Virus record (IMG/VR): IMGVR_UViG_3300020045_004676
Coordinates: 1 to 36,736 of that record
DNA from: a virus
Lineage: Duplodnaviria > Caudoviricetes
Length of the DNA: 36,736 nt
Direction: 5' to 3' (one strand)
Of the stretch, positions 17,263 through 27,358 are shown piece by piece. Within the stretch, counting starts at the first letter, position 1. The number at the start of each line of letters is the position of its first letter. Below the pieces are notes generated by a model. The model was not told the DNA's origin, searched no databases, and worked only from the letters and a program-made list of their open reading frames with translations. A program made the translations under genes and the position numbers.

Positions 17263-18213
17263 CTAAAAGTTGGTGAATGGATACGAATAATCTCTATATC
17301 CATATCCGCTATCTGCTGGTCTGACTGTTGGTTCATAATTCCACATGATATCTTGTTCCTGCTCCATTACTTTCTGTTGTGCTTGTGCTAATTGAATATA
17401 TGAAATTGCTTTCTGATCCCCCTGTCTTAGTAACATCTGACCAATTACAGTATTTGTAATAATGTCTTCATATCTTGGAGGAATAACACAAATATCAGAA
17501 TCGTTTATCATTTTAGGACTCAATGCCTGATATCTTACATACATCGTATAGGATGCATCAGGTATTGGATGTAATTTAATCTTCTTATAATTCCTTGCAG
17601 TTTCACCTGGATAAAGTTGTAATAATGTCGTTCCAGTAATGGCTTGAGTAAATCTCAAAGTCCCTACTGGCGCTATATCGGGAGAGATTGCATATAATTT
17701 TGTATATGAATTGACTGAGCTTAATACATTCGTCGCAGATAAAGTTACAGTTTCATTCCTATCTTCTGAGCCAGATACCCCAAAAATAGAAACCATTGTT
17801 GATCCAGTGAGACCTGTTAAATCCTGGTTAGAACTTGATCTTAAAATGATTTTAGACGAAGCTGTTGGCTGAGCTAACACTCTATCTTCATTTGTTTCCA
17901 TGAAGTATAGAGGCTTACTCGTATTGGTTGGCTTTGGAACCAACCTATCAAAATCAGCTATCCAAACTTGTTTAAGTTGAATCGGTGAATCCTGTTGAGT
18001 TATATCCAAGACTTTGTCTACATCACTTGGTAAATAATAATCAGAAGTCCCAGAAGTTGTAGTGAAAGTTGTATCTCTTAACCCAAACTTCCAAAACCCA
18101 GTTTGCAAGAAATTCTCCACAGCTGAATTTATCTCGTCTTTAATTATCACAAGAGTAGCTGAACTTGTATCTGCGATATAATTCTGGACACGAACCTGCA
18201 TATCTTTAAACAT
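17263..18213 (-). CDS. Head-tail adaptor protein with inserted domain
   Basis: TTSGTSDYYLPSD, KLHPIPDASYT, IPPRYEDII. Confidence 0.75.
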   Translation of the reverse strand: MFKDMQVRVQNYIADTSSATLVIIKDEINSAVENFLQTGFWKFGLRDTTFTTTSGTSDYYLPSDVDKVLDITQQDSPIQLKQVWIADFDRLVPKPTNTSKPLYFMETNEDRVLAQPTASSKIILRSSSNQDLTGLTGSTMVSIFGVSGSEDRNETVTLSATNVLSSVNSYTKLYAISPDIAPVGTLRFTQAITGTTLLQLYPGETARNYKKIKLHPIPDASYTMYVRYQALSPKMINDSDICVIPPRYEDIITNTVIGQMLLRQGDQKAISYIQLAQAQQKVMEQEQDIMWNYEPTVRPADSGYGYRDYSYPFTNF

Positions 18214-18215
18214 TT

Positions 18216-19277
18216 TTACCTCCCATATTTGAGGAGTATATTCTCATATACCTTCGCCCAATCTTTAACATTGTATTCTTTGTTAATTTTCTTATACAAA
18301 TTATTTCCCAATCGAGTCCTTAACTTTTCATCATTAATCAATTCACTGATACAATCAATCCAACCTTGTTTTGTATTGGCCAACAATCCATTTACTCCAT
18401 TATCAATAGTCCTTGAATATGGAAGATTCCCATTCCAAGAAGCAACAACCGCCTTCCTTAATGCCCCATATTCCAATATTCTTAAATTACTTTTCCCTCT
18501 ATTGAATTGTGTATCATGTAATGGGGCCAATGCGATATCAAAATTCAATTCTTTTAACTTCTTTGGATACTTATCTATAGAAACTACATCATGTTTAATT
18601 ATTCCTATGTTACCTAAATAATCAGGCACATCTCCAAAGAAATGAATCTCTACGTCCTTATTCTGTTTCAAAATAACAGGCAAGACATCTACCAATATAT
18701 TCAAATCTTCATAATGATGGGCTGATCCTTGCCATCCTATCCTTAGTTTCTTATTCTCTTCTGGCTTCTTAACTGATCCCCATTGCTTCAAATTCATTGC
18801 ATTTTTAACTATATGGATATTATGATTGTAAGGTTTATAGACTTCTTTCAAGGTATCCGTTGATACAATCACTCCATCTGAAACTTTTAACTGCTGTTCA
18901 AATACCTTATATGCTGTTGAATCTGGATAGATTGTCGAATATCCTGGGTTACTACTATCTACATGAAAAACATCATCATCTATCTCTAGCCATATTTTCT
19001 TCTTATATTTATCTTTAATTCCATAAAGCATTGCAAGCCCTATATAAGTTGAAACTCTCTGGCAAACTATAATGTTTGAATCCTTAACAGCTTCTTCAAA
19101 TTGATACATTAATTTTGTATCTTTAGCCATCGCTTCTTCCCAATTAGGAAGTTTATTAGGCTGATAAGGTGGCCAAACATTAACATCAATCCCCATATGC
19201 TTTATGTAATTAATGTTTCTATACCAATTAACTCCTGGCGTTTGCGTGAGAATAAAGGTTGCTTTAAACTTTTGCAT
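18216..19277 (-). CDS. GT-B fold glycosyltransferase (GT4-like)
   Basis: EIDDD, RIGWQGSAHH, DIALAPL..TQFNRGKSNLRILEY. Confidence 0.88.
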   Translation of the reverse strand: MQKFKATFILTQTPGVNWYRNINYIKHMGIDVNVWPPYQPNKLPNWEEAMAKDTKLMYQFEEAVKDSNIIVCQRVSTYIGLAMLYGIKDKYKKKIWLEIDDDVFHVDSSNPGYSTIYPDSTAYKVFEQQLKVSDGVIVSTDTLKEVYKPYNHNIHIVKNAMNLKQWGSVKKPEENKKLRIGWQGSAHHYEDLNILVDVLPVILKQNKDVEIHFFGDVPDYLGNIGIIKHDVVSIDKYPKKLKELNFDIALAPLHDTQFNRGKSNLRILEYGALRKAVVASWNGNLPYSRTIDNGVNGLLANTKQGWIDCISELINDEKLRTRLGNNLYKKINKEYNVKDWAKVYENILLKYGR

Positions 19278-19950
19278 TTTCTACCTCACTTCTTCGGCTT
19301 ATGGACACCCCAGAATTTAATATCCTAGCCCATCCCAATATCTTTTTAGTCCATCCGAACCTAGCTCCAGCCTTTTCTAAATCAACCAAGAAAGGATGAT
19401 CTATTCCAACTTTATAATCTGCCCGATATGGAACCTTCAATGCTATTCTCTTTCTATAACTCATAACAAAATGCCCTATATATTGGTTCACATGACCGTT
19501 TGCTAAAATCTTCTCTTGCTCTCCCTTCTTAAAAGGAATTGCCTCTTTATACTCAACTGGCTTCATTCTGCTATCACAAAAATAAAAACTTCCATAAAAG
19601 ACATCTTTATTTTTATGTTTCTGGAAATATTCCCAGGTTATTTTTGCCCGATCTATATCCCAGAGATCATCTCCAGAGGCAACACAGATAATATCTGAAT
19701 TAACCAATCTCGTTCCTATATTCCACGCTTTTCCAAGCCCTACATTCTGTTTTAACGAAATACATTTAATTCTCTTATCTTGTTTCATATAATGCTTGAT
19801 AACATCATAAGTCCCATCTGTTGATCCATCATTTATAAATACAATCTCAATATCTTCTAGTGTCTGCTTCATTAAGTTCTCAATCGTCTCGCTAATCCAC
19901 GATTCCTTATTATAAGTCGGGCTTAAAAATGATACCTTTGGTTTACTCAT
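19264..19950 (-). CDS. GT2-family glycosyltransferase
   Basis: VSFLSPTYN, INDGSTD, SGDD. Confidence 0.9.
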   Translation of the reverse strand: MSKPKVSFLSPTYNKESWISETIENLMKQTLEDIEIVFINDGSTDGTYDVIKHYMKQDKRIKCISLKQNVGLGKAWNIGTRLVNSDIICVASGDDLWDIDRAKITWEYFQKHKNKDVFYGSFYFCDSRMKPVEYKEAIPFKKGEQEKILANGHVNQYIGHFVMSYRKRIALKVPYRADYKVGIDHPFLVDLEKAGARFGWTKKILGWARILNSGVSISRRSEVENAKV

Positions 19951-20494
19951 ATACTCTCCACATCCTTGTTTTCGACTTCTTGTCGAACTCTTTTATCATC
20001 TGGAATCCATAACCCAATTTCTTAAACAACTTCTCATAATCATGGCAATAATAATACTGCATAGGCAAGTCATATTTCTCATCTGGGAATCTTGCCCTGT
20101 TATTCCAATAAATAGAATTATCATACTTGAGTCTTTGTTTCTCTTCTTTCCCTTCTGACTCAACAAATAATCCCTCTTTGCCCAAACTCATTAACTTCTT
20201 GATCGTCTTTTCTATATCCTCATGCGTTATATGAATCAAACATCCATGAGTAAAGACAACATCATATTTCTTCTTTGTCTTGAAATTCCTAATATCTTTA
20301 ACTAAAAACCGTAAATGCTTATATCTTTCTTTAGCTTTTTCTATATACTTCGTTGCTATATCTATCCCCGTTACATCTAATCCCAATAAACCAAAAAAGA
20401 AAGACCTATGTCCATAAGCACATCCCACATCCAGGATACTTCTATATTTACTAGTCATTATTACTGAACATAAATAACTATCTAACTCATCCAT
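19943..20494 (-). CDS. Class I SAM-dependent methyltransferase
   Basis: ILDVGCAYG, GIDI, YDVVFTHGCLIHI. Confidence 0.85.
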   Translation of the reverse strand: MDELDSYLCSVIMTSKYRSILDVGCAYGHRSFFFGLLGLDVTGIDIATKYIEKAKERYKHLRFLVKDIRNFKTKKKYDVVFTHGCLIHITHEDIEKTIKKLMSLGKEGLFVESEGKEEKQRLKYDNSIYWNNRARFPDEKYDLPMQYYYCHDYEKLFKKLGYGFQMIKEFDKKSKTRMWRVYE

Positions 20495-22124
20495 TAACTA
20501 TCTTCTCTAAATGTCTCTTAAAAGTTTTAACAGAAGTAAGATCGAGATAGTGACGCCTAGCCTTATCCACATCTTTAACTCCTCCCTTCTTCTGTTCCTT
20601 TTTAACATCCCTTAAAATCTTAATGATCTGCTCTTTCCGTTCTGCATAATTACCTTGATGAATAATCCCTGTTCCAGCATAATGAATGTAATCCATTTGG
20701 AAAGTGGTTATTGCATCACGCCCTGCAAGCCTGAATTCAATAGGGGTCACTGGCAATCCATCATGATAAGTCAAACGCATTAAACATGAACTCTTTTCAA
20801 TTACTTCTTTGATTGGTTTCCATCCTATATTCTCAACATTCTTAGCTTTAAAATCCATCAATCCGCCACCAAAGAATAAGAAATCAATATCAGGACAACT
20901 CTTAACAATATCCCTGACCAAATCCAAGTTATATATCTGAACAGCGGTTGCTGTACTTGGGGTATAAACTGCTACTTTAAACTTTTTAGGCAAAGGAATA
21001 ACTTCAATCGCTTCTTCAATAGGTAAAGCAAAACTTTCTGTCTGAATACCAATTGTCGCCAACTCATTTTTAGTTACCTCACACTCTGATATATTTATAT
21101 GCCTGTTCAGTGCATCCATGAATAATTTATAATCCATGTAATTTACTTTTCTGGCGGCACCTATTAATTGCAATATATCCGTTCCTATCCAATGAACTAT
21201 TTGTTTACCTTTGAAAATTTCTTTCTGAGGACTAACAAATATACGCTCATGCGCAACTGCTGACTCCCCATTCCCTGTATAAAAACCCAATAAATAAATC
21301 GCTTTATAATTATTTGGTTTATTCATGGGGTAAACTTTAAAATCTGCTCCTATTAATTTGGCAATCCTCTTAGCATGAGGCTGGGCTCCAAGAGATGTTA
21401 CGCAAATGTCAGCATCTTTGATCTTGTGTTTCTTCTTGATATAAGCGACTCTATCCAGCCAATTAGACTGACTATCATAGGATAACCCTCCAGCTTTAGG
21501 AACTTCTGCAGCATAAGTCATATCTGGGAAATAATACCCCACAAACTTATTATCAATTGCAGTAAGCCAAAAATCCCAATCATTAAGAGATTTGCAATCT
21601 TTATCCCAATGCCCTCTCTCCCAAACAACCCGCTTCATAGGGAATCCACCATCTATATAATTCTCAATAGTTAATCTCCAAGGATCAAAAGGTTCTGATG
21701 GTACAAATCCATCAACAAACTGGCCATCTTTCATTAATCTATACCCAGAATAAATAAAATCGGCTTCTGAATGATCCTTGAATACCGTAATCCATTTCCT
21801 TAAAGCTCCTGGATACATATAGAAATCAGAAGAGAAGAAACTTAAATACTTGCCTTTTGATATCTTTGCCCCTTCATTTCTAGCTGTACAAGCATTTCCC
21901 TCTTCAATGATTAATAATTTAATCCGCTTATCCTTATCTATATAATCTTCTATCTTTTTAATGGTCTGATCTCGTGTATCCCATTTACCATTAACGACAC
22001 AAATCAATTCCCATCTTTCCTCGTCCTGACCCAATATACTATCAATTGCTTTTCCTATAGTATCAGTGCAATTATGGCTCGGCATTACAAGTGAAACTTG
22101 AATATCTTTATCCTCTGTAATCAT
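20487..22124 (-). CDS. Two-domain glycosyltransferase (N-terminal GT2 plus C-terminal GT-B-like domain)
   Basis: VSLVMPSHN, ARNEG, DWDFWL; then HWIGTD and RLTYHDGLPVTPIEF. Confidence 0.85.
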   Translation of the reverse strand: MITEDKDIQVSLVMPSHNCTDTIGKAIDSILGQDEERWELICVVNGKWDTRDQTIKKIEDYIDKDKRIKLLIIEEGNACTARNEGAKISKGKYLSFFSSDFYMYPGALRKWITVFKDHSEADFIYSGYRLMKDGQFVDGFVPSEPFDPWRLTIENYIDGGFPMKRVVWERGHWDKDCKSLNDWDFWLTAIDNKFVGYYFPDMTYAAEVPKAGGLSYDSQSNWLDRVAYIKKKHKIKDADICVTSLGAQPHAKRIAKLIGADFKVYPMNKPNNYKAIYLLGFYTGNGESAVAHERIFVSPQKEIFKGKQIVHWIGTDILQLIGAARKVNYMDYKLFMDALNRHINISECEVTKNELATIGIQTESFALPIEEAIEVIPLPKKFKVAVYTPSTATAVQIYNLDLVRDIVKSCPDIDFLFFGGGLMDFKAKNVENIGWKPIKEVIEKSSCLMRLTYHDGLPVTPIEFRLAGRDAITTFQMDYIHYAGTGIIHQGNYAERKEQIIKILRDVKKEQKKGGVKDVDKARRHYLDLTSVKTFKRHLEKIVNG

Positions 22125-22157
22125 TTATAATCTCCTTTGAAATACGAATCAAATAAC

Positions 22158-22364
22158 TTAAATCTTAATCTTTTCTAATTTACCTTTATTTGCAACTAAA
22201 ATTTCTCCATCTGCCATCTTGAATTTTTTACCATCTAATTTGGGATTACTAAAAGTTAAATTCTTAACAGTAAATGGTAATTTTATTGCTGGGATAGCAT
22301 CCATTACATTTTTAGGCAATGGTTCCCCTGCTCTTAACTTAATGGGGCCTTTAATTGTAATCAT
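22158..22364 (-). CDS. Hypothetical protein
   Basis: 68-aa ORF between the fibre chaperone and the GT block. Confidence 0.55.
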   Translation of the reverse strand: MITIKGPIKLRAGEPLPKNVMDAIPAIKLPFTVKNLTFSNPKLDGKKFKMADGEILVANKGKLEKIKI

Positions 22365-22373
22365 ATTAATTTA

Positions 22374-22399
22374 GAGAAGGGGAGTTTCCTCCCCATCTC
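22374..22399 (-). terminator. GAAA-tetraloop hairpin without a strong U-tract
   Basis: GAGATGGGGAG-GAAA-CTCCCCTTCTC. Confidence 0.55.
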
Positions 22400-22401
22400 A
22401 A

Positions 22402-22599
22402 TTACTCCTTTTCTGACTCTTCTTTCAATAGATTCTCGATCTCTTTGTGTGACCCTTGTAATCTGACTTGCTCTACTTGAATTTCAGAAACTTTCCTTTG
22501 AAGCTCTGACCCTTGCTCTACTAACTTCTTTCGCTGTTCCTCAAGCTGGGCAAATGATTCTTCAAGTTGTTTTTTCCTTTCTTCTAATTTTGCCTTCAT
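22402..22599 (-). CDS. Coiled-coil protein, putative tail-fibre chaperone
   Basis: Heptad pattern, RLQG motif, directly after the fibre gene; GGAGGTG RBS. Confidence 0.65.
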   Translation of the reverse strand: MKAKLEERKKQLEESFAQLEEQRKKLVEQGSELQRKVSEIQVEQVRLQGSHKEIENLLKEESEKE

Positions 22600-22617
22600 T
22601 TTATTTTCACCTCCATT

Positions 22618-25600
22618 TTATACTTCGTAACTGAACTTTAGTCTAATAGTTCTCGTTGCATTGTTTTGTTGATCTCCAGTCAGATAAGAAACTGTAGTTA
22701 CCGCACTCCAATAATATAATTGGATTGTAGTAGCTCCTCCAGCTATTTGACCCGCCAAATGCATATCAGAGACATTATTCGCTGCATATCCTGCAGGAAA
22801 GAAACCCGTTGGGTTAGAAGCCCCTGCTGTTAATGGCAAAGCTATATTTATAACCCCAGTCCCAGCACCCTCAGCTCCTCCATCTCCAGTCAAATAAACA
22901 TCAACCAATACGCGATTTCCTACTCTTGTATAACGACCAGTATTAGTTGAATAAACTGGAGTGGTATTTCCAGCGCCTCCAACCAGCGTCACAGTTGGAG
23001 CAAAAGTATTCTCTTCATAATTCGCAAGTGTGCTTTGTGATGTTGTTCCAAATATTACACCACCATCTAATCTTGCAAGTCCTGCATCAACGAATAACGA
23101 ATATGGATTTGTTAGTGTAACAGAAGCTCCTGCCGCGACAGCTCCTTCAATATAAACGGTAGCCGCATTGTCAACCGTTACCGCTCCCCCAGATTGATTA
23201 ATTGTAATAATGCCAGCCCTAAGAGCCGAAACAGCATCTGCTGACGTAATCTGAGTCGTAGCTGTAAGGGTCAAAGTAGTTGTATTAAGCTTAAGATGTG
23301 AATATGTCGATGAAGCAATGTTCGCTAAAGACACCCCAGTTGCTACACTGCCGATATTTAAGCCGACTGTATTTGTTATCTTGGCAGAAGCCGCGACTGT
23401 TGGAGCTATAATATCTACAGTTGCGGCATTTGTAAGCGTTAACGATGACGCCGCCGAGACAGTTGGCTGAGCAAATCTTGAAAAATTCTGTGCAGTATAA
23501 CCACCAGTAATAGTCATTGTATGAGCAGCAACCGAGAAGTCTATTATCTGAGCGGTTACCGCTGTGTGGGCTCCAGGTGTTACTGTTAAGGTACTAACTC
23601 CACCTGCTGTCGCATCTGAATTTATAGCGGTTGCATCATTTAAGGTTATAATTCCAGTTCCGCTTGTTGCCAAAGTAAGAGCGGCGTTTGCTTCTCCCGT
23701 GGCTGTTAAGGTTGCAGCAACTCCTGTTGTTCCTCCAGCGGCCTGCACGTAATTCGCTGAACTATCAGTTCTGAGAACTGCAAAGTCAAATGTTTGGGTT
23801 GCTCCGTAAACTCCGAAATAGGTTATATTAGCTGCAGTTGAACCAAACAAATGATCGCTTGCGCCTTGAGCCGACCAAGTTAATCTTGATACTGACGACG
23901 TATCATTGAAAATAATCCTTCCTGGGGCTGCGGCTCCTGCTGAGGCTCCTGGTTCCAAAATAATAGACCCTCCAGCAGAAGGCCCTGCTCCGCCAGCGGC
24001 GGAAGCTATGATTGAAATATCAACGCCAGCCCCTGCAGTTGTGTCTGGAACAGAGATCGTCAAAGCCGTTGACATTGTTCCCGTAATATCAGTCCCAATG
24101 CCAGTTGCCGAACTATTGTTTAAGAAAATCCCGCCATCAAAACGGCTCACGCCACTATCGACAAACAGACCATAGACGTTACTAAACGTCATATTTGCTC
24201 CAGCTACAGGAGCATTAAAAATAGCACCAGCCGCAACTGTTACGGTTCTATTTCCTCCCGTTCCTGTTCCTGTAAACGTTAACCCACTATTTTTAAATGC
24301 AGCAAGTTCATCCATTCCGCCTGTATCTCCCAAAGAGATACTCAGTCCAGAAGCATAATTATAACCGTACCATGCGTTAATATTTGTAACGCCTGTTGCC
24401 AGAGGATTTGGAACAACAAAAATATTTGAATAATTACCACTAGTGACTTTAACCGAATCTGAACCACCAACCATCAACGCGGTGCTTGATGCAATTGTTG
24501 CGTTCGTCCCTTCTGTTGGGCCTGCAGTAATAGCAAATGTAGCCCCTAAAGTCATAGTTGACGCACCAACGAAACTGTAAGTTGGCTGCCCGATGGCGAA
24601 TTCTCTTTGCAACATGAGCGCCCCTGTTGCCCACTGCTTCACAGCTCCTGACCACGAATGGCCGATAACTTCGGTGCTTAATGTTAAGTTCGTATCAGTC
24701 GGTGATGTAAAAATAGAATAATTCCCCGTGCCAGAAGTGTTGCCTGTGGGTGTGTGTTGAATATATCCATAATCACCAATAGCAAAAACCTCAGTTCCAT
24801 TATCTGTGAACAAGGCAATATCAGCAGCGTTTGAGGAGTTATTAACAAAGAGAGCTGTTTTAGCATCTGCTGGTATTGTAGGAACTGCGGATGGATTATC
24901 ATATAAAGCATAAACCCCAATCCCTTCACCACCTGCAGCATCATTTAATCCTACGCCTATAGCCCCAATATTTGATTTATTTGCTTCTGCTTCGGTCGAA
25001 GACATCCACGCACCCCAATTCTGAACCCCTCCGCGAGCAATGCCTAGCAATCCCGTATTAACTCCAGTTGTCGTGGCTCTTGTGTAGCCCCCCATCCCTC
25101 TATTTCCATGCGGCCTAGAACCGTAAGTTGCATCTGTAACATAGCCAGTACCTACTCCAGCGACAACATTATCAAACGCCATAGCGTTTGTAATGCCATT
25201 CCCAGTATACCCTGCGGCCAATGTAATTATATGGCCGACAATATTTGATCCACCAGCCCCTGAAGTCGTATACGTTCCCGTGAACCCTGTCTGTCCACCA
25301 ACAATAGAAGCGATAGTATGATTCCACAATCCACCAGTGGTCATTGTAATTTTAGCAACATCGTTCTCAGATATTTCAAATCCTGCCCCTGTTGGAACAT
25401 TGAAATGTAATTGATTCGTAGCGTCCGCATCCCTAACAATCTCATAGGCTCCAGCAGTTACCGCAACCCCAGCTGTCCAATCAATTGGCCCCACCATAGA
25501 TAATGAATCTGCGCCTGTATTTCCAAGAATCAAATCACCATCTATAGTCACATTTCCAGTAAAAGTTTGATCTCCAGAAATTACTCCTCCACTCCCCAAT

Positions 25601-25641
25601 GAAATCTTAAGATAACCATTTGAATCCGTCATTCCTACCAT
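22618..25641 (-). CDS. Long tail fibre/spike protein
   Basis: 1007 aa G/T/A-rich; C-terminal YEENTFAPT...GRYTRVGNRV fibre-tip domain. Confidence 0.8.
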   Translation of the reverse strand: MVGMTDSNGYLKISLGSGGVISGDQTFTGNVTIDGDLILGNTGADSLSMVGPIDWTAGVAVTAGAYEIVRDADATNQLHFNVPTGAGFEISENDVAKITMTTGGLWNHTIASIVGGQTGFTGTYTTSGAGGSNIVGHIITLAAGYTGNGITNAMAFDNVVAGVGTGYVTDATYGSRPHGNRGMGGYTRATTTGVNTGLLGIARGGVQNWGAWMSSTEAEANKSNIGAIGVGLNDAAGGEGIGVYALYDNPSAVPTIPADAKTALFVNNSSNAADIALFTDNGTEVFAIGDYGYIQHTPTGNTSGTGNYSIFTSPTDTNLTLSTEVIGHSWSGAVKQWATGALMLQREFAIGQPTYSFVGASTMTLGATFAITAGPTEGTNATIASSTALMVGGSDSVKVTSGNYSNIFVVPNPLATGVTNINAWYGYNYASGLSISLGDTGGMDELAAFKNSGLTFTGTGTGGNRTVTVAAGAIFNAPVAGANMTFSNVYGLFVDSGVSRFDGGIFLNNSSATGIGTDITGTMSTALTISVPDTTAGAGVDISIIASAAGGAGPSAGGSIILEPGASAGAAAPGRIIFNDTSSVSRLTWSAQGASDHLFGSTAANITYFGVYGATQTFDFAVLRTDSSANYVQAAGGTTGVAATLTATGEANAALTLATSGTGIITLNDATAINSDATAGGVSTLTVTPGAHTAVTAQIIDFSVAAHTMTITGGYTAQNFSRFAQPTVSAASSLTLTNAATVDIIAPTVAASAKITNTVGLNIGSVATGVSLANIASSTYSHLKLNTTTLTLTATTQITSADAVSALRAGIITINQSGGAVTVDNAATVYIEGAVAAGASVTLTNPYSLFVDAGLARLDGGVIFGTTSQSTLANYEENTFAPTVTLVGGAGNTTPVYSTNTGRYTRVGNRVLVDVYLTGDGGAEGAGTGVINIALPLTAGASNPTGFFPAGYAANNVSDMHLAGQIAGGATTIQLYYWSAVTTVSYLTGDQQNNATRTIRLKFSYEV

Positions 25642-25652
25642 TTTATTTCCTC

Positions 25653-25817
25653 CTATGCGTACGCTTTACAAATTAAATTACCATTCGTATCAGTAACACC
25701 AGAATCATTGCTATCATCATCTCTATCTAAATTACCTGGCAAATCGGCAGTAGCTGCAGCACTAACGCAATTTATTTGCCCAGTTGTCGTTGTATTCCCT
25801 GCTATTTCATCAGACAT
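25653..25817 (-). CDS. Small virion-associated protein (54 aa; not in ORF track)
   Basis: AGGAGGT RBS; MSDEIAGNTTTTGQINC...GVTDTNGNLICKAYA. Confidence 0.7.
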   Translation of the reverse strand: MSDEIAGNTTTTGQINCVSAAATADLPGNLDRDDDSNDSGVTDTNGNLICKAYA

Positions 25818-25828
25818 ATAAATACCTC

Positions 25829-27358
25829 CTATTCAAATTCTATTAACAAATTACTATTAGCTGCTGCAATATCGAAAGATAATCCTGTAAAAAAAGGAAT
25901 TCCAATTCCAAAATTAATAGAAAAAGGAATCGTTTGATTGCTCATTGCTCCAGATGACCATAAAACTGTTCCAGAGGCAGCTGTATTATCATATAAAGTT
26001 ATTACAGAATTATTTACTACTCCAGAAATTGTTAACGAATGAACTAATCCAGATCCAATTTTTGCATTTACTCCAGCAGTTGTCCCAGCTTGATATTTTG
26101 ATGCTGGATAGTTGATATTCTTTCCAAGTTTAACAATCGCAGCATTACAACATTCGATAACTCCTGAAGTAACTCCTGCTACAGTATTTATTGAAGTCAT
26201 ATTAACTGGATTATCTAAAGAATTATATAAAGTTGCAGAAGTCAAACTAAAGTGATGAATTAATACCCCATCAATATAAAACCATGCTCCAGCAGTAAAA
26301 TAAATAATTTCATAAAAATGGAAATTAGTATCAACCGTATACTCGGAAACATCTCCATTAAATGAACCACTTGCTACTGAGCTTGGAGTTGCTGCCTTAA
26401 CACAGTTAACACTTAAAACTCCTGTTTCACTTAAACTAAAATAAACACCATTTTGAGGAACGCGACTCGTATCTGTATAAGCTCCCCAATTTCTAGTATT
26501 TAAGGCCACGGCAACAGTTGGAATTCTTATTCCTGCTCTAAACTGTAGTGGCTGAGTAAACGAAAACCTGCAAATCCTTACGGTTCGAAGTTGTGCATAT
26601 CCAGAATTATCTGTTCCAGAAGCAAGTGTCGCTAATCCATTAGAAACCCCTGAGGCAGCTCCTGTGCCACTTGAAGATGCTGTCCAAAAATTAGCATCAA
26701 TTGAAGCCCCAAACTTAGTCCCAACCATCTTACTTGGCTCACAAACCTTTAAATCCCTTATAGGCGTAAATTGACCCTCAAATCCATAATGGTCGTGCAA
26801 CCCATTAACATCTACCTGAAAATGACCATATGTATCCAATGCCCTTGGAACAGGATCCCCAATAGGACATAAAAGACTTTGTAATCTAAAATATGTCGTA
26901 GCCGTTGTAGATGAAAGATTTTTAACCCTAACTCTAAAATATGCCCCAACAGTGCGAACTTCAGTGCTAAAATTGTTTAATATTTTATTATAATGAAAAG
27001 TATCATTAACATCCCAATTATTTCCATCTGGAGATTGATCTACATAAACCGTACAATTCTGATCTGTTTTTAATGCTACTTGAATTAATGAGGCACCCAG
27101 CGTCGAAGCAGCTGTCCCTGTAAAAGTTGCACTTGCATTTAAGTTTGTAGTTGAACTATTAACATTCGATACCACAACATCCTGATCTACGCTTGCCCGT
27201 AAGTTTCCTTGCCCATCTGTATTTAATCTTTCATAGCCAACGCCCGTCCATCCCAGTAAACCTCTAGTTGGAATCGCGGGGTCGACGGCTTCATCTAAGC
27301 CATAATAATTAACATATCTTTCCTGAATTATGTTAGGATTCTGCGTTCCGTCTACCAA
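25829..27358 (-). CDS. Multi-domain beta-rich virion structural/decoration protein
   Basis: NSSTTNL..SATFTG and ITLYDNTAASGT modules typical of phage structural proteins; start reassigned to TTG 27358 after GAGGTG (track start 27382). Confidence 0.65.
   Translation of the reverse strand: MVDGTQNPNIIQERYVNYYGLDEAVDPAIPTRGLLGWTGVGYERLNTDGQGNLRASVDQDVVVSNVNSSTTNLNASATFTGTAASTLGASLIQVALKTDQNCTVYVDQSPDGNNWDVNDTFHYNKILNNFSTEVRTVGAYFRVRVKNLSSTTATTYFRLQSLLCPIGDPVPRALDTYGHFQVDVNGLHDHYGFEGQFTPIRDLKVCEPSKMVGTKFGASIDANFWTASSSGTGAASGVSNGLATLASGTDNSGYAQLRTVRICRFSFTQPLQFRAGIRIPTVAVALNTRNWGAYTDTSRVPQNGVYFSLSETGVLSVNCVKAATPSSVASGSFNGDVSEYTVDTNFHFYEIIYFTAGAWFYIDGVLIHHFSLTSATLYNSLDNPVNMTSINTVAGVTSGVIECCNAAIVKLGKNINYPASKYQAGTTAGVNAKIGSGLVHSLTISGVVNNSVITLYDNTAASGTVLWSSGAMSNQTIPFSINFGIGIPFFTGLSFDIAAANSNLLIEFE

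Noticed and set aside
9623-25641. Diversity-generating retroelement or invertible fibre cassette
   Set aside because: No reverse transcriptase, invertase or near-identical template/variable repeat seen
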